Shown one piece after another: positions 61,162 to 64,000 of a stretch of DNA of 64,000 nucleotides. The translations under genes were made by a program, and so were the position numbers. The notes beneath the pieces were generated by a model that was not told where the DNA came from, made no database searches, and was given only the letters and a program-made list of their open reading frames with translations. The number at the start of each line of letters is the position of its first letter. The stretch's first letter is position 1. Origin of the DNA: Betaproteobacteria bacterium SG8_41 (lineage in GTDB: Bacteria; Pseudomonadota; Gammaproteobacteria; Burkholderiales; SG8-41); NCBI GenBank assembly GCA_001303585.1, contig LJTT01000007.1:7195-71194 (forward strand), read 5' to 3'.

Positions 61162-61992
61162 TCACTGCACCGCCTCGGCGCTGAGCATGATCACCTCGAT
61201 TTCCTCTGTAATCTCCTCCTGACGGAAGCGGTTGCGATCGCGCATCAGCCGCGCCGAGCGCTCCTCCAGGCGCCCGAGGGCGCGCTCGGTGTGCTGGATG
61301 CGGCGCTGGTTTTCCGCGAGTAACGCGCTGTAGAACAGCTCGTGCAGCGCCGCGAAGAGGTAATGCTCTCCCAGCTGATCCAGCAGGTGCATTGGCTCAA
61401 GGTTCAACCGCGGCGGGTAGGCGTAATGCGCAGCAGATGCAGCAGATTGGCCCGGATCGGGAAAAGGGCCCAAGCGCGCAACCGTGACGCCGTCCGCGTC
61501 GGGACGGTGGTAGAGAACACTGAATCGCAAGGGCCTTGGCACCCCGCGCAACACGGATGCCAGTTGCAGCAGGATTGCTTCCACCTCTTCCACGACGGAG
61601 GCACCGGTAAGACGCCCGACCACCCTTGGATCGTCGGCGAGGCGCGCAGCAACGCGGCTGCCCGCCAGCACCACGGACCCCGGACCCTGAGTCTTCCATT
61701 CGTGATCGAGCGCGGGCAGCAGCGTCTCGTTCAGATTTCCGCAAAAGCCGCGCTCCGTGCCGATCACAAGATAGACGGTTTCCCGCGGCCGGGGTAATGA
61801 CAGAAGATCACCGTAAAACGACATGAAATCGCGCGCTGCCGCCTCGATGCTTTGCACTACGCGCCGCTGATTCCCGATGAAGCGCATAAGCTTGAATGTT
61901 TCCATAATCGAGAGGTTCTTCATGGCATTCATGATCTCGCCAATCTCGGCATAACTGCGAAGACGCCTTTCGATCCCGCGCCGCTTGCTCAT
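61162..61992 (-). CDS. atpG: F1Fo ATP synthase gamma subunit (N-/alternate type)
   Basis: [38 protein letters not shown] overlaps the atpA stop. Confidence 0.88.
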   Translation of the reverse strand: MSKRRGIERRLRSYAEIGEIMNAMKNLSIMETFKLMRFIGNQRRVVQSIEAAARDFMSFYGDLLSLPRPRETVYLVIGTERGFCGNLNETLLPALDHEWKTQGPGSVVLAGSRVAARLADDPRVVGRLTGASVVEEVEAILLQLASVLRGVPRPLRFSVLYHRPDADGVTVARLGPFPDPGQSAASAAHYAYPPRLNLEPMHLLDQLGEHYLFAALHELFYSALLAENQRRIQHTERALGRLEERSARLMRDRNRFRQEEITEEIEVIMLSAEAVQ

Positions 61993-63488
61993 GCTGCGCT
62001 CGTATCCAATTGGGCAGACTTGCGGGACAGGAACCGCAGCCAGTTGCGCACCGCGTGCACCCATTCCTCGCGGCTGTGATCCAGGGTCAATCCGCTTTCG
62101 CGCACCCCGTGGTTCAGGCGGTCGAATGCGACGGCTGCCTGCTCAGCCGTGCATCCGTCGAACAGGCTCTCGTTGAAACCAATCAGCCAGGCGAGATGGG
62201 TCTCAATGGCAAGCGGAGCAAGCCGTTCCTGCTTGAGCAGCGCGCGCAGCACGCGTCCGCGCTTGAGCCTGGCTTCCTGTGCCGGCTCCAGCCGCGCGCC
62301 GAAGCGCGTGAATACCTCGAGCTCGAGAAACTGGAGATAGTCGAGTTTCATGCGCCCCGCTTCCGTCTTGATCCGCTCGTGCTGCGCTTTTCCGCCGATG
62401 CGCGATACTGAGCGAGTGACATCGATGGCGGGCAGGTTTCCGCTGGCGAACAGCTCCGCATCGAAATAGACCTGACCGTCCGTAATCGATATGAGGTTGG
62501 TGGGTATGTACGCCGCGATCTCGCCTTCCATCGTTTCCACGACCGGCAATGCGGTCATGCTCCCGCCGCCGTGCTGGTGTCCAAGATGGGTTGAGCGCTC
62601 AAGCAGGCGCGAATGCAGGTAGAAGATGTCCCCGGGATAGGCCTCGCGCCCCGGCGGGCGGCGCAGCAGCAGGGAGAGCTCCCGATACGCTTGTGCGTGC
62701 GTGGTCAGATCGTCGTACACGATGAGCGTGTCCGCACCGCGTGCCATCCAGCCCTCGGCGATAGCGCAACCGGCGTATGGCGCGAGATACTTGAGTCCGG
62801 GCGTCGCTGTCGCTTCCGCAACCACCACAGTCGTGTGTTCCATCGCGCCGTTCTGGCGCAGCGTCTCGATGGTGCCGACGACAGTCGATCGTTTCTGTCC
62901 GATCAACACGTAAACGCAGCGCACCCCCCTGCCCGCCTGATGGATTACGGCGTCCATGGCAAAGGCGCTCTTGCCCAGCCCATTATCGCCGACGAGTAAC
63001 TGTCGCTGGCCCTTGCCAACGGGAATAAGGGTGTCCACGATCTTGTTGCCGGTATAGAGGGGCTCGTTAACCCGTTCGCGGGCAACGATCGGCGGGGATA
63101 GAACGTCCAATTCACGCGTCGCGAAAAGCTCGGGCGCCACGCCGCCATCGAGGGGGGATCCGAGCGGATCGACAACACGCCCCAGCAACTCATCTCCGAC
63201 AGGGATGCTCAGGCGGCGGCCCGACAGCAGAGCCACGGCGCCCGCGGTCAGTGCGGGCGACTGCTCCAGCAGTATTGCGCCAACCATATCGGTCTCAAGC
63301 GAAAACACCATGGCCTGGCTGCCGTCCTCGAAGTAGAGAATCTCGTCCATGGCGGCGGAAGGCAGGCCCTTGATCCGCGCGATGCCGTCCCCAATGGAAA
63401 CAAGAGTGCCTTGTTCGCTCACGCGCAGCCCGAAGCGATAGCTGTTCAGCCGACCGCTCATGGCGCCGGGTTCAATCGGTGTGACCAT
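61989..63488 (-). CDS. atpA: F1Fo ATP synthase alpha subunit (N-/alternate type)
   Basis: [66 protein letters not shown]. Confidence 0.93.
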   Translation of the reverse strand: MVTPIEPGAMSGRLNSYRFGLRVSEQGTLVSIGDGIARIKGLPSAAMDEILYFEDGSQAMVFSLETDMVGAILLEQSPALTAGAVALLSGRRLSIPVGDELLGRVVDPLGSPLDGGVAPELFATRELDVLSPPIVARERVNEPLYTGNKIVDTLIPVGKGQRQLLVGDNGLGKSAFAMDAVIHQAGRGVRCVYVLIGQKRSTVVGTIETLRQNGAMEHTTVVVAEATATPGLKYLAPYAGCAIAEGWMARGADTLIVYDDLTTHAQAYRELSLLLRRPPGREAYPGDIFYLHSRLLERSTHLGHQHGGGSMTALPVVETMEGEIAAYIPTNLISITDGQVYFDAELFASGNLPAIDVTRSVSRIGGKAQHERIKTEAGRMKLDYLQFLELEVFTRFGARLEPAQEARLKRGRVLRALLKQERLAPLAIETHLAWLIGFNESLFDGCTAEQAAVAFDRLNHGVRESGLTLDHSREEWVHAVRNWLRFLSRKSAQLDTSAA

Positions 63489-64000
63489 GCCGGATAGCCT
63501 CGGCAAAAAAACTCAGCTCGTCCCGAAGATTTGCCTGCAGAATCCAGGGCCCGATCCGGGCCCGCAACCCCGCGAGCAGATTGTCATCCTGGGCATATTC
63601 GGGCTTCACCGCTTTGCCTGTGGCTGTGCTCAACGCCTGCTCGATTCGACGTCGCTGCTCCTCCGGCAGCGGAAATGCGGTTATCACCCTGAGCGGGACA
63701 TCGGCGTCCGCCGCTGCGCGGTCGATCTGCTGTCGCTGCTCATCCGAGAGCCCCCGCAGATCCTCGATCGCCACCTCGATCAGACGGTTTTCGAGAGCCG
63801 GGGTCGCCAACCGCTCCAGCAAGCGCGCCACGAATCCGGCACCTCTGGCATTGACTTCATCGCCGAGCTTGCGCTCCAGATCCTGTAGCCGGCGCTCCTC
63901 GAGCACGCGATTCTTCTCCCGCTCCTTCTCCAGAGCGTTCTGCAGCTCGACCAACTGCCGCTCGCGTTCAGCGCGCAATTCCCCGAGCATTCGTTCGCGC
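63472..64000 (-). CDS. atpF: ATP synthase b subunit with a fused delta-like C-terminal domain (partial, starts beyond the window)
   Basis: A coiled-coil stretch followed by VITAFPL..EQ..RIE..L...[12 protein letters not shown] (OSCP/delta C-terminal-like), immediately upstream of atpA. Confidence 0.75.
   Translation of the reverse strand, partial: RERMLGELRAERERQLVELQNALEKEREKNRVLEERRLQDLERKLGDEVNARGAGFVARLLERLATPALENRLIEVAIEDLRGLSDEQRQQIDRAAADADVPLRVITAFPLPEEQRRRIEQALSTATGKAVKPEYAQDDNLLAGLRARIGPWILQANLRDELSFFAEAIRHGHTD

Noticed and set aside
1-64000. tRNA, rRNA, transposase, integrase, phage or defence genes
   Set aside because: None recognisable in the ORFs or intergenic gaps.

Overview
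GC-rich betaproteobacterial chromosome segment; the taxonomy is inferred from protein families and gene order. (i) 1-21.6 kb: a TCA/methylcitrate cluster (prpE, acuI-like, zapE, lpdA-sucB-sucA, gltA, sdhEBADC, mdh, prpC, prpD, a broken SoxW-like thioredoxin and an AcnA paralogue with drifted motifs). (ii) 21.6-41.6 kb: an accessory organic-acid block with an LLM monooxygenase, a persulfide dioxygenase-rhodanese fusion, a LeuA/homocitrate-synthase-like enzyme, PuuE-like and LigI-like hydrolases, an apparent operon ThDP enzyme/tctB-tctA/beta-decarboxylating dehydrogenase/PanE-like/LeuC-like/LeuD-like, a second near-canonical AcnA and an FAD 2-hydroxyacid dehydrogenase. (iii) 41.6-51 kb: housekeeping genes (msrB, yciB, yciI, bolA, PPIase, purL, nnr, crcB). 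(iv) 51-61 kb: Moco genes, modABC, tupABC and a class I fumarase-like gene. (v) The end of an N-type (alternate) F1Fo ATPase operon. The most notable unexplained signals are three. First, about 20 intergenic elements built from short-period (7-, 8- and 10-bp) tandem repeats arranged as inverted arms; they often start on a stop codon and are nested in places. Second, a set of TCA-like enzymes with non-canonical substrate-pocket motifs, suggesting an uncharacterised organic-acid pathway. Third, four genes broken by small deletions, which may be pseudogenes or assembly errors. Motif comparisons to canonical enzymes are from memory; no searches were run.
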